From the NCBI GenBank assembly GCA_043808155.1, contig JAZDFD010000034.1, forward strand, positions 739 to 64,738: DNA of 64,000 nt, written 5' to 3'. Shown here piece by piece: positions 1 through 8,661 of the stretch. Source of the DNA: Candidatus Iainarchaeum sp. Its GTDB lineage: Archaea; Iainarchaeota; Iainarchaeia; Iainarchaeales; JAZDFD01. The first letter of the stretch is position 1, and each line of letters opens with the position of its first letter. The notes under the pieces are model-generated. The model had not been told where the DNA came from and made no database searches. It saw nothing but the letters and a program-made list of their open reading frames with translations. The position numbers were made by a program, and so were the translations under genes.

Positions 1-35
1 CACATATAAAGATAGTAATTGATTCAGAACTTGCA

Positions 36-509
36 ATGGCAGAATATTTTAGGCGTGAAGTTAACTATCCTTGGAAGAGCCCAGGACAAATTGGGTCGCT
101 TTCTGAGCTTCTAAATTGGAACAGAGATACGCTTATTTGGAATATTGCCAACAAACTTCTGCTTGATAAAATAAAGGAATCGGTATTCAAAGATCATGAA
201 GGTTTGGATGCGGGAAGTCAAATGTTTCAAACAATAATAAGTGTAAATTTAGAACTTGACAAATTCCATGAGCTTATAACCAAACCAAAAGCAGGCCTTA
301 CTCGCAATAATATGCAATTTTTGATTGCATTTATTCCAAATCTGACTAAATTACTAAAGGCGGATTTGCAAGTTTTGAGAGCACATAATTGGCCAATAGA
401 CATCTTGCAGGAAATACACGGGGAAATAGAAACATACGAAAATGATCTTACAGAATTAAACAAAGCATACAGACTGAAAAAAACCAAAAAATCACAGAAA
501 AGAATTTAA
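36..509 (+). CDS. hypothetical protein (157 aa)
   Basis: Long ORF with only a short antisense competitor. No family motif recognised by eye. Confidence 0.4.
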   Translation: MAEYFRREVNYPWKSPGQIGSLSELLNWNRDTLIWNIANKLLLDKIKESVFKDHEGLDAGSQMFQTIISVNLELDKFHELITKPKAGLTRNNMQFLIAFIPNLTKLLKADLQVLRAHNWPIDILQEIHGEIETYENDLTELNKAYRLKKTKKSQKRI

Positions 510-547
510 ACTTCCTCAACTTATCTATGTAACTTATTCTAAAATAA

Positions 548-898
548 GTGATTAATATGGTAATATTATTTGAAATTAAAAACATTAAACAGCAGTGGCA
601 GCCCCCCTTTCAGAAGAGCATTGAGGCTGAAGAAGCAAGAGTTTCAGCTGGGGGTAAATTCGGCAAACTTGAGCGTTTTGGCAGACATAGTGTTGATTTG
701 GATGGATTTGCATTTACATTACTGGAAGTGAATTCAGACCACGTAGTTATTGAATATGACCATGAACTTACAGTTAAAGATTACCAAAATCCAAAGGACA
801 GAAGAGTCTCCCTCAAAAAGAATGAAACTAAAAGCTTCTCATATCTCTGGGGCGAAGATGGTGTCACTAAAAAAATCACTTATAAGGGACAGGTTTAA
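548..898 (+). CDS. hypothetical protein (116 aa)
   Basis: Uninterrupted ORF. No recognisable motif. Confidence 0.35.
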   Translation: MINMVILFEIKNIKQQWQPPFQKSIEAEEARVSAGGKFGKLERFGRHSVDLDGFAFTLLEVNSDHVVIEYDHELTVKDYQNPKDRRVSLKKNETKSFSYLWGEDGVTKKITYKGQV

Positions 899-907
899 TT
901 TCTTTTT

Positions 908-950
908 TTAACTATCGTTAAGTTTATATACTTTTATTAACTATTGTTAA
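908..950 (+). promoter_or_regulatory. Two operator-like palindromes TTAAC-N4-GTTAA (908-921, 937-950) flanking a TATA-like box tttatata (923-930)
   Basis: Read directly: ttaactatcgttaa and ttaactattgttaa, 29 bp apart. The TATA-like box lies about 23-30 nt upstream of ATG 953 of the HTH gene. Confidence 0.4.
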
Positions 951-1315
951 GTATGAAACTAATGCCCCAAGAACTGGAAACATGGTATATACTCCCTGCT
1001 TTGAGAAAAGAATTTACAGAATTACTCAGTGTCCAGTACAAAATGAAGCAGAAAGATATTGCCAAAATTCTAGGGGTTACCGAAGCTGCGATTTCACAAT
1101 ACAAAAAAAACAAACGCGGGAAAGAAGTGAAATTCTGCAACAAAATGAAAAAAGAAATTTCACAATCTGCAGAAGCAGTTGCTAAAGATGGAAATTCATT
1201 CAACAAAGAACTTCAAAAAATTTTTAGATATATGAGAGATAACGGTCACATTTGCGAAATTCACAGACAATTAGAATTGATTCCTGAAAAATGCGATGTG
1301 TGTATTCAAAGGTGA
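944..1315 (+). CDS. HTH DNA-binding protein with C-terminal Cys/His cluster; candidate regulator of the downstream iscSU genes (likely start ATG 953 or 962)
   Basis: HTH-like segment KDIAKILGVTEAAISQYKKNKRG. Cys/His residues in KFCNK, HICEIH and CDVC. The 3' end overlaps the iscS ORF. Confidence 0.6.
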   Translation: MLSMKLMPQELETWYILPALRKEFTELLSVQYKMKQKDIAKILGVTEAAISQYKKNKRGKEVKFCNKMKKEISQSAEAVAKDGNSFNKELQKIFRYMRDNGHICEIHRQLELIPEKCDVCIQR

Positions 1316-2525
1316 GAAAATGAAAGTATATATGGATAATGCAGCAACAACTCAGCTTGACAAAAGAGTTTTTTTTGCGATGAAACCTTTTTTGTTTAAG
1401 AAATACGGGAATGCAAGTTCACTGCATGCTTTTGGATTGGAAGCAAGGAGAGCGATTGAAAATTCACGGGAAAGTGTTGCAAAAATTATAAATGCAGAAA
1501 AAGATGAAATTTATTTCACTTCAGGCGGGACTGAATCAGACAATATTGCTTTGCGCGGGATTGCTTACGCAAATGAATCAAAAGGAAATCACATCATAAC
1601 TTCTGCAATTGAACACCATGCAATTTTACATACTTGTCAGGCACTTGAAAAAGAAGGTTTCGGAGTTACATATCTTCCTGTAACAAAAGATGGTTTTGTG
1701 AGACTTGAGGATTTGAAAAATGCAATTACGGAGAAGACAATTCTTGTGACTATAATGCACGCTAATAATGAAATTGGCACAATACAGCCAATTGAGGAAA
1801 TTGGAAAACTTTGCAGAGAAAAAAAGATTTACTTTCACACTGATGCAGTGCAGTCAGTTGGGAAATTGAAAATTGATGTTAAAAAAATGAATTTGGATTC
1901 TTTAAGTGCAAGTGCACATAAATTTTATGGCCCAAAAGGAATTGGTTTTCTTTACGTGCGTAAAGGTGTGAACATAAAACCAATCATGTTCGGCGGTGGT
2001 CATGAAAAAGGTTTGCGCAGCGGAACTGAAAATGTTCCGGGAATTGTTGGTTTGAGTAAAGCATTAGAGCTTTCGTCAAAGGAAATGAAAAAAGAGAGTG
2101 CACGCAACAAAAAAATGCGTGATAAACTGATTAAAGGTGTTTTGAAAATTTCTCACTCATGGGTAAATGGATCTAAAACAAACAGATTAAACGGAAATGC
2201 AAATTTTGGTTTTGATTTTATAGAGGGTGAAGCACTTATAATGAAACTTGATATGAAAGGAGTTGCAGCATCCACAGGCAGTGCCTGCAGTACACAGAGT
2301 CTAAGTCCAAGCCATGTTCTGATGGGTTTGGGGTTAAGTCATGTTAAATGTCACGGCTCTCTGAGGCTTACACTGGGAAGATTTAATTCTGAAAAGGAAG
2401 TTGATTATGTTTTGAATGTTTTACCAAAAATTGTGCAGGAATTGAGGGATATGAGTCCTTTGAGGGAAGATATGGATTTGAGTGCTTATGAAAAAGAATT
2501 CAAGAAGCATGGACATGAACATTAG
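1296..2525 (+). CDS. iscS: cysteine desulfurase (IscS/NifS, class V PLP enzyme); likely start ATG 1320 (MKVYMDNAATT)
   Basis: Motifs: DNAATT N-terminus, SASAHKFYGPKGIGFLY (PLP lysine region), SGSACS active-site Cys loop. Confidence 0.9.
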   Translation: MCVFKGEKMKVYMDNAATTQLDKRVFFAMKPFLFKKYGNASSLHAFGLEARRAIENSRESVAKIINAEKDEIYFTSGGTESDNIALRGIAYANESKGNHIITSAIEHHAILHTCQALEKEGFGVTYLPVTKDGFVRLEDLKNAITEKTILVTIMHANNEIGTIQPIEEIGKLCREKKIYFHTDAVQSVGKLKIDVKKMNLDSLSASAHKFYGPKGIGFLYVRKGVNIKPIMFGGGHEKGLRSGTENVPGIVGLSKALELSSKEMKKESARNKKMRDKLIKGVLKISHSWVNGSKTNRLNGNANFGFDFIEGEALIMKLDMKGVAASTGSACSTQSLSPSHVLMGLGLSHVKCHGSLRLTLGRFNSEKEVDYVLNVLPKIVQELRDMSPLREDMDLSAYEKEFKKHGHEH

Positions 2526-2527
2526 GA

Positions 2528-2920
2528 GTGAGTAAAATGTATTCTGAAAAAGTAATTGAACAATTCAAACACCCGAAAAACATTGGGGAAATAAAAAATC
2601 CCGATGGTTTAGGTAAGGTAGGAAACCCAGTGTGCGGAGATTTAATGTATGTTTACATTAAAGTTTCTAAAAATAAAAAAGGGCAGGAAATTATTAAAGA
2701 TATTAGAGTGAAAACATTTGGATGTGTAGCAGCTTTAGCCACTTCTTCAGTTCTGACTGAAATGGCAAAAGGAATGACTTTGGATGAAGCAGAAAAAATT
2801 ACAAAAGACGATATTGCAAAAGAACTTGGTGGTTTGCCTCCAATAAAAATGCACTGTTCAGTTCTTTCAATGGACGGATTGAAAAAAGCAATTGAAGATT
2901 ACAGAAATAAAAAAAAGTGA
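2528..2920 (+). CDS. iscU: Fe-S cluster scaffold protein IscU/NifU-like
   Basis: The three conserved Cys contexts GNPVCGD, FGCVAA and KMHCSVL. Lies immediately after iscS. Confidence 0.9.
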   Translation: MSKMYSEKVIEQFKHPKNIGEIKNPDGLGKVGNPVCGDLMYVYIKVSKNKKGQEIIKDIRVKTFGCVAALATSSVLTEMAKGMTLDEAEKITKDDIAKELGGLPPIKMHCSVLSMDGLKKAIEDYRNKKK

Positions 2921-3758
2921 TTCTTTGGTTTATAAAAAACTTATTTTCGGCACTGCGGGAATTCCTTTAAGTACAAAGGACAGAAATACAACAAATGGAA
3001 TTGAGCGTGTAAAAGAACTTGGTTTGGGTGCGATGGAATTAGAGTTTGTTCACTCTGTGAATTTAAATGAGGAGAAAGCAAAAGAAGTGAATAAAGCTGC
3101 TGAAAAAAATGAAATTGAATTAACTTGTCACGGGCAGTATTACATTAATCTGAATTCTCTGGAAAAAACTAAAGTAAAGGCTTCAGTTCAGAGAATTTTA
3201 AATGCTGCACGCATTGCGAATACTGCGGGTGCTAAGAGCATGACATTTCACGCTGCGTTTTATATGAAAATGGAAAAAGAAAAAGTTTATGAAAATGTTA
3301 AGCGCGAATTGAAAGCAATTGTGAAAACTTTACAGAGTGAGGGAAATAAAATTTGGATACGTCCTGAGTTCACGGGAAAGGAAACTCAGTTTGGTGATTT
3401 ACGTGAGCTTATTAGATTGAGTACAGATGTTGAGCAGGTTTTGCCTTGCATTGATTTTGCTCACTATCATGCACGTTACAATGGAAAGATGAATTCTTAT
3501 GAAAAATTTTCTGAACTTCTTGAGCAGATTGAAAAACGTTTGGGAAAAAGTGCTTTACATAATATGCACATCCATGTTTCCGGAATTAATTATTCTGAAA
3601 AAGGCGAGAAAAGTCACGCGCCATTGCAGGAATCAGATTTGAAATATAAAGAACTGATAAAGGCGTGGAAAGATTTTGGTATTAAAGGGATAGTGATTTC
3701 TGAATCTCCACTAATTGAAGAAGATGCTCTGCTGATGCAGAAAATTTATTTGAAGTAA
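2892..3758 (+). CDS. AP endonuclease family 2 / endonuclease IV-like TIM-barrel protein (start probably TTG near 2925, after the iscU stop)
   Basis: N-terminal FGTAGIP, His-rich metal-site-like segments (FHAAF, DFAHYHAR, HIHVSGINYSEKGEKSHAP). Size about 280 aa. Confidence 0.6.
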   Translation: MKITEIKKSDSLVYKKLIFGTAGIPLSTKDRNTTNGIERVKELGLGAMELEFVHSVNLNEEKAKEVNKAAEKNEIELTCHGQYYINLNSLEKTKVKASVQRILNAARIANTAGAKSMTFHAAFYMKMEKEKVYENVKRELKAIVKTLQSEGNKIWIRPEFTGKETQFGDLRELIRLSTDVEQVLPCIDFAHYHARYNGKMNSYEKFSELLEQIEKRLGKSALHNMHIHVSGINYSEKGEKSHAPLQESDLKYKELIKAWKDFGIKGIVISESPLIEEDALLMQKIYLK

Positions 3759-3807
3759 ATCGGAAGCTTTTTATACTATATTAACACCATATTAATACGG
3801 TGATAAT

Positions 3808-4050
3808 ATGCCTACTGCAATTGTAAAAATTGATGATGAAGCTAACCGTGTGATTAATATTGTTAAGGCCAAATATGGGCTTAATGACAAAAGCGAGGCC
3901 ATAAACAAAATGGCTGAAGAATATGAACACGAATTACTTGAACCTGAACTAAGACCCGAATACATTGGCAAAATGAAAAAAATCGAGAAAACTAAAACAG
4001 TTAAAGTAAAGGACATTGACGACTATTTTGAAAAGCTTAGAAAGAGATGA
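3808..4050 (+). CDS. putative type II antitoxin (small DUF2683-like protein)
   Basis: 80 aa. N-terminus is MPTAIVKIDDEANRVINIVKAKYGLNDKSEAI. Stop overlaps the start of the RelE-like ORF (ATGA). Confidence 0.5.
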   Translation: MPTAIVKIDDEANRVINIVKAKYGLNDKSEAINKMAEEYEHELLEPELRPEYIGKMKKIEKTKTVKVKDIDDYFEKLRKR

Positions 4051-4319
4051 TTATCTTGTATAAGCTTGAAATTAGAAAACATGTAGATAAAACTTTTGAG
4101 AAAATTGCAAAAAAAGATAAAGTTCAGGAAAATGCAGTTAAAAGAAAAATAAAACAAATTCTTGAAGATCCATACCGATTTAAACCATTGAAAAAACCGC
4201 TTCAGGGAAAGCGTAGAATTCATGTTTTTGGCCCATTTGTTCTTATTTACTCGATTATTGAAAAAGAAAAGAAAATAATAATTGAAGATTACGAACACCA
4301 CGATAAAATTTACAGATAA
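4047..4319 (+). CDS. RelE/ParE-family type II toxin
   Basis: 90 aa. The pattern PLKKPLQGKRRIHVFGPFVLIYSIIEKEKKIIIEDYEHHDKIY resembles the RelE C-terminal core. 4-nt overlap with the upstream small ORF. Confidence 0.65.
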   Translation: MIILYKLEIRKHVDKTFEKIAKKDKVQENAVKRKIKQILEDPYRFKPLKKPLQGKRRIHVFGPFVLIYSIIEKEKKIIIEDYEHHDKIYR

Positions 4320-4327
4320 ATCAAAGG

Positions 4328-4714
4328 ATGCTCTTTTTAAAGAAAAAAGACTTTAATTGTTTAATGGAAATGAAACAAGTTATTGTTGTAAGAACTGATT
4401 TGGGCATGGGGCGCGGTAAAATAGCTGCCCAGTCTGCACATGCAGCAATTCAGGCAATGTTTGAAACTAAGAAGAAATTTCCAGACTATGTTGATGCATG
4501 GATGGGATCAGGAATGCCAAAAGTGGTTTTGAAAGTTTCGTCTCTTAAAGAAATGATGTCCCTTTTCCAAAAAATGAAACAGACTTTGCCATGTGCAGTG
4601 ATTTCAGACGCAGGAAGAACTCAAATTAAAGCAGGCACAAAAACCTGTTTCGGATGTGGCCCTGTTGTTGCGAGTGAAATTGATCCTTTCATAAAAGATA
4701 TGAAACTGCTTTAG
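4328..4714 (+). CDS. pth2: peptidyl-tRNA hydrolase, archaeal type (Pth2)
   Basis: VVRTDLGMGRGKIAAQSAHAA, PKVVLKV, DAGRTQI..GT.TC.GCGP; typical Pth2 signature and size. Confidence 0.85.
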   Translation: MLFLKKKDFNCLMEMKQVIVVRTDLGMGRGKIAAQSAHAAIQAMFETKKKFPDYVDAWMGSGMPKVVLKVSSLKEMMSLFQKMKQTLPCAVISDAGRTQIKAGTKTCFGCGPVVASEIDPFIKDMKLL

Positions 4715-4767
4715 TTATAACTTAACAAAGTTTAGGTTATAGACGTCTTAGCATTAAGCTATTAAAT

Positions 4768-5268
4768 TTGAAAGTACCTAATTTTAGTATGGGTATGGGT
4801 GAAATTAGACACATTGGACCAATAGCTCGTTTAAACGGATTAATGATACACAAAACTGAAGGGCCTGGCGACAGAGAAAGACAAGTGCCGGTAATTGATA
4901 AAAAAGATAAAAAAGGTAAAAAAGGGTTTCAAGATATTTTAGAAAGACGCATGGAATTAATGGAATTAAAAGAAAGAGCAAAACATAATGATGCACTTAT
5001 TGAAGACTTTTTAAACAGGGGAATTTTAGAAATTGATAAAAATTCTGTAAAATTTACTGAATTTGGTTATGCTAGAAATGCAAAAGTGATTGATCCAGAA
5101 TATATGACAACTGTTAAAGGAAAGATGGATGATGAGGAAATTACATTTATAATTTGGAATTCTGGAAATGCACCAACTTTTTACAATGCACGATATGTTC
5201 ATTCACAGAGGAAAAGTGGTGAGTTTATAATAAGCGGAAAACTTAGAACTAAACTTGTTGGAAAGTGA
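4768..5268 (+). CDS. hypothetical protein (166 aa)
   Basis: ORF overlapping the start of the downstream GTPase by 4 nt (operon-like). No motif recognised. Confidence 0.4.
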   Translation: MKVPNFSMGMGEIRHIGPIARLNGLMIHKTEGPGDRERQVPVIDKKDKKGKKGFQDILERRMELMELKERAKHNDALIEDFLNRGILEIDKNSVKFTEFGYARNAKVIDPEYMTTVKGKMDDEEITFIIWNSGNAPTFYNARYVHSQRKSGEFIISGKLRTKLVGK

Positions 5269-6023
5269 TTTTTATGTCATTTAGAAAACGTGTTGGGCAA
5301 GTAATTGAAAAATCAGACATAATTATTGAAATTCTGGATGTGCGATTTCCAGTAATTTGCAGAAACATTGGTTTAGAAAAGAAAATTCTCGAAGCAGGAA
5401 AGAAATTGGTTTTTGTTCTGAACAAGAGTGATTTAGTTTCAAAAAATCAGTCTGAAAGAATTAAGAAACGCTTTGCAGAAAATGAACGTGTGGTTTTTGT
5501 TTCTGCAAGAACCAAAGCAGGCATTGGAATGTTGAGAAGAACAATAAAAGAAATATCAAAAGGTGAAAAAGTTACTGTCGGGATTATTGGTTATCCTAAC
5601 AATGGAAAAAGTTCAGTGATTAATGCACTGCGCGGAAAGAAAGTTACAAAGACTTCCATTAAAGCAGGTTTAACCCGCGGTGAGCAGTTAATTAAATTGG
5701 ATAAGAATGTGATGCTTATTGATACTCCTGGTGTTATTCCTTTTGATGTAAGAGATGAAGCCAAACTGGTAATGATGTGTGCAAAAAGTGCAGAACGAAT
5801 TTCAGATGTTGAAGGCGCGGCATTGGGGGTATTGGAAATGCTTATTGAAAATTATCCTGAAGCACTTGAGAAAAGATATGGTGTTGAACTATCAGATGAG
5901 GCTTATGATATGCTTGAAAAAATCGCATTAAAAAAGAAGAAATTAATTGGAAAAGGCGAACCTGATTTGCACAACACAGCCAAAATCATTATCCTTGACT
6001 GGCAGAAAGGAAAAATTAAGTAA
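5265..6023 (+). CDS. circularly permuted GTPase (YlqF/RbgA-like ribosome-biogenesis GTPase)
   Basis: Motif order is G4 NKSDL, then G1 GYPNNGKSS, then G3 DTPGV. Confidence 0.75.
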   Translation: MIFMSFRKRVGQVIEKSDIIIEILDVRFPVICRNIGLEKKILEAGKKLVFVLNKSDLVSKNQSERIKKRFAENERVVFVSARTKAGIGMLRRTIKEISKGEKVTVGIIGYPNNGKSSVINALRGKKVTKTSIKAGLTRGEQLIKLDKNVMLIDTPGVIPFDVRDEAKLVMMCAKSAERISDVEGAALGVLEMLIENYPEALEKRYGVELSDEAYDMLEKIALKKKKLIGKGEPDLHNTAKIIILDWQKGKIK

Positions 6024-6025
6024 TT

Positions 6026-6126
6026 AACCGAACGCCCGCGAGGCTCAATCCTCGAGCTTGAGTGCACTTTCAGTAGCACATGCTCACTTCGTTCGCAAAG
6101 CCGAACGCCCGACTAGTGCGGGTGCT
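6026..6126. repeat. Orphan GC-rich modular element. Inverted copy of the tRNA-Val leader module and of tRNA-Gly(UCC) trailer modules. Internal 11-nt direct repeat CCGAACGCCCG at 6028 and 6101.
   Basis: 6034-6060 is the exact reverse complement of 11453-11479 (27/27), extending to about 49/54. 6097-6120 matches the reverse complement of 16492-16515 at 23/24. Hairpin at 6062-6079. Confidence 0.85.
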
Positions 6127-6144
6127 AATATTTAAATAATCCAG

Positions 6145-6852
6145 ATGCTTTCTTTTAGCATGCATCCCGAAAAAGTGGCTGGTTTCAAGGCATTTGCAGT
6201 TCTTGTTTATCTTGCATTTACTGGAATTTTAGTTTATCTCTTAATGTTCAATACGGGTTTGGAGATTGGAACCGATCTTTCAGATACAAGCGGGGTTATT
6301 CTTATTGAACTGAAAAACAATGATAAACTTTCAAATCACATAATAAGAGATGCTAAAGTAAGCTTTGTTGATGCTGGCGGAACAAAACATGTGATTGGTG
6401 AAGTTGCAGAATTAATGCCTGGGAAGTCAAAAGAATTTCGCTGGCAAATTCCAGATTATATGCTTAGTGAAGTTATTTTAGTTGCAGAAGCACCTTATCA
6501 TGTTAATGTAGGTTATAAAGGGGATTTTAAAGGGCGTGAAACAGCTAATTTGAGTTATAAAATAAGTTCAACTTTACAAATAAAAATTGGTAAAATATAT
6601 GAAATGTCCGTGAATGTCTGCAATTCTGGAAATAAACCTGCAGAAGAAGTTAAAATCACAGCAACTTATGATGAACACTTTGAAGGTAAAGAAATTTCAG
6701 ATTCTTTTGCTTTAATGGCTGATGAATGCCACAAGTATGATTTTGGTCTGCTTGCTGCGAAGTTAGGGCAAACAGAAATTAATTTTAATATCAGTGCAGA
6801 AAAATATAATGAAAATGAAAAAAGACAAGTAGAGGTAATTGACAATGAATGA
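6145..6852 (+). CDS. membrane-anchored hypothetical protein (N-terminal TM helix, beta-rich extracellular part)
   Basis: Hydrophobic segment FKAFAVLVYLAFTGILVYLLMF followed by a non-repetitive soluble region. Confidence 0.45.
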   Translation: MLSFSMHPEKVAGFKAFAVLVYLAFTGILVYLLMFNTGLEIGTDLSDTSGVILIELKNNDKLSNHIIRDAKVSFVDAGGTKHVIGEVAELMPGKSKEFRWQIPDYMLSEVILVAEAPYHVNVGYKGDFKGRETANLSYKISSTLQIKIGKIYEMSVNVCNSGNKPAEEVKITATYDEHFEGKEISDSFALMADECHKYDFGLLAAKLGQTEINFNISAEKYNENEKRQVEVIDNE

Positions 6853-7507
6853 TATTAAGAAAAGCGAGGCAGGAATTATTGATTTGATACAGCAGATGGT
6901 TGCTGACGGTGAGACTGAAGATAAGATTGTTCAGACACTAAAGGATTTGGGTGTTGATGAAAACAAAGCAAAACGATTACTGCTTCTGGGACAGGCAGAT
7001 ACTTTTTCATTATTAAGATCAGAAATTAGCAAAATTGTAATGACTGATGTTGAAAAACAAAAACCTCAGATGATAAAATTTATGGAATCAGAAGCAAAAA
7101 AAGTTGCAGAGGAAGTACGGAAGAGTATTAAAACAGAAATAATGGCTGATGTTGAAGGCTATGAAAAAGAGTTAGGGGGACGTGCTGCTGAATTTCAGAC
7201 TGCAATTAATGATAATGTTTCAAAACTTTCTGAACTTGGGCATGAAGTTAGAAAACAGCTTAATGAAGTTGGTCAGGATATGAAACAAATGAAACTTGAT
7301 GTTGATGAATTAAGATTGCGCGGTTTAAGTGCAAAAAATAAATGGGTCAGCAATGTTTTGATAATTACAGGAATAATATTTTTGGCAGTTGATTTGTATT
7401 TATTTGTGACAAATTTCAATACAGTAATAAATATTGATAATTTAATCTGGACATTGATAATTGCAATTGTCGGATTGACTATGATATTTGTTGCGACAGT
7501 AATTTAG
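6839..7507 (+). CDS. coiled-coil protein with C-terminal TM helices
   Basis: Charged heptad-like central region. C-terminal hydrophobic segments VLIITGIIFLAVDLYLFV and LIIAIVGLTMIFVATVI. Confidence 0.45.
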   Translation: MTMNDIKKSEAGIIDLIQQMVADGETEDKIVQTLKDLGVDENKAKRLLLLGQADTFSLLRSEISKIVMTDVEKQKPQMIKFMESEAKKVAEEVRKSIKTEIMADVEGYEKELGGRAAEFQTAINDNVSKLSELGHEVRKQLNEVGQDMKQMKLDVDELRLRGLSAKNKWVSNVLIITGIIFLAVDLYLFVTNFNTVINIDNLIWTLIIAIVGLTMIFVATVI

Positions 7508-7704
7508 AGGAAAGATTACATCATCTTTCTTCTTGTTTCTTCATGATACTGCTGGAGAGATTCAATTGAATTTTGAAGCAGAACTTTATTTCTTATACCT
7601 TTTTCAGTCTCCAGTCTCATTTTCAAATCATTTAGAATATCTTCAGTTTGATATCGCACAGAAATCGCCTCTATTATTATTGCGTGTGAGAGTGTTTAAA
7701 AAGC

Positions 7705-8124
7705 TTATTTTGTGGTTTTTGTAAGCAATGTTTTCTGCTTTCCTGTTGCAATTGTAATATCCATCCCGTATTTCATTGCTTTTTTCAGGGAGAGGGAATA
7801 TGCTTTTCCTGTTTTTTTGAATAATTCTTTTGGCAGGAAATACCAGCCCTTGTGGGGAACTTTCCATGCGATTAGAAATTCAATTCCTGCTTTTTTTGAC
7901 CATTCTTCTAATTCCTGCATTTGCGCATCTTTTATGGAGAGATTCTCATTAGCCCATGCTTTACATTCAATTGCGAGTTTCTTTTCAGGACTTAATGCAA
8001 GAATGTCACAGCTTGGAAGTGAAGTACCACCTGAACCTGCAATTCGCACTACGCTGAAGCCCATGTCATATAATTTGTGGATTAATTCACGCTCTGCATT
8101 TGCACCTTTTCTGTACTGAGCCAT
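7705..8124 (-). CDS. hjc: Holliday junction resolvase Hjc
   Basis: N-terminal KGANAERELIHKLYDMGFSVVRIAGSG, then DILAL and ECKAW (the E-x-K nuclease motif). Size 139 aa. Confidence 0.85.
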   Translation of the reverse strand: MAQYRKGANAERELIHKLYDMGFSVVRIAGSGGTSLPSCDILALSPEKKLAIECKAWANENLSIKDAQMQELEEWSKKAGIEFLIAWKVPHKGWYFLPKELFKKTGKAYSLSLKKAMKYGMDITIATGKQKTLLTKTTK

Positions 8125-8175
8125 GAATATATTTGGGAGGGAAGTGATTAAGTAATATTTGGGTTAGGAAAAGTA

Positions 8176-8661
8176 TCATTTTTTAATCGGGAAATTTTCA
8201 ACATCTGATAGTCCCATTACTGCTAATTTATATAATCTGTTCTCTGCTCTTGCCATAGCCAGCTGGATTTTTCCCTGCTCATTGGCAGCTTCAAGGGTTT
8301 CCTGAAGAATTTCTGATGCCCGGATTACATCCTGCATATGAATTATTTCCCCTGGTTGAACCTGCGGGGGAAGCGATTTAGTTTCAATTAAATGTTCCAG
8401 AACTGCAAGTTTTTGTTCACTTTCAGTTAATTTGTCAGTTAATAGTCTCAGAGCCTCGCTAGGCGAATTTTTTGTTTTTATTTCTTCTATTTCCTGTTGT
8501 ATGTATTCCAAATGGCGCATTCTATCGGCATGCATAGCTCTAGGCAGGCTGTTAGCCTTTTGTGTTTTGCTTTCTTTATCCCAGTGATCTTTTCTTCTTT
8601 TCCGCCATTCTTTGGGTACCATGGAATATTTATAGGGGAAGGTGATTAAATATTTATTCAA
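8176..8661 (-). CDS. hypothetical coiled-coil protein (likely start ATG at 8622, MVPKEW)
   Basis: ORF in track. The first listed codon is a non-ATG start. No motif recognised. Confidence 0.4.
   Translation of the reverse strand: MNKYLITFPYKYSMVPKEWRKRRKDHWDKESKTQKANSLPRAMHADRMRHLEYIQQEIEEIKTKNSPSEALRLLTDKLTESEQKLAVLEHLIETKSLPPQVQPGEIIHMQDVIRASEILQETLEAANEQGKIQLAMARAENRLYKLAVMGLSDVENFPIKK

Noticed and set aside
6026-6126. Split-tRNA halves joined through complementary leader/trailer sequences, as in Nanoarchaeum-type split tRNA genes
   Set aside because: tRNA-Val and both tRNA-Gly genes are complete. The tRNA-like 3' fragment at 16514-16533 cannot be extended into positions 38-53 of a cloverleaf, because T-stem pairing fails. 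No 5' half with a matching GCAACCT acceptor strand was found in the window.
7515-7655. Possible 34-47-aa minus-strand ORF downstream of hjc (..MRLETEKGIRNKVLLQNSIESLQQYHEETRRKMM)
   Set aside because: A start is only possible at a GTG or an internal ATG. No SD-like sequence is present, the ORF is very short, and there is no way to assess conservation here.
7712-8119. 135-aa plus-strand ORF opposite hjc
   Set aside because: The minus-strand frame encodes an unmistakable Hjc resolvase. The plus-strand translation has no motif.
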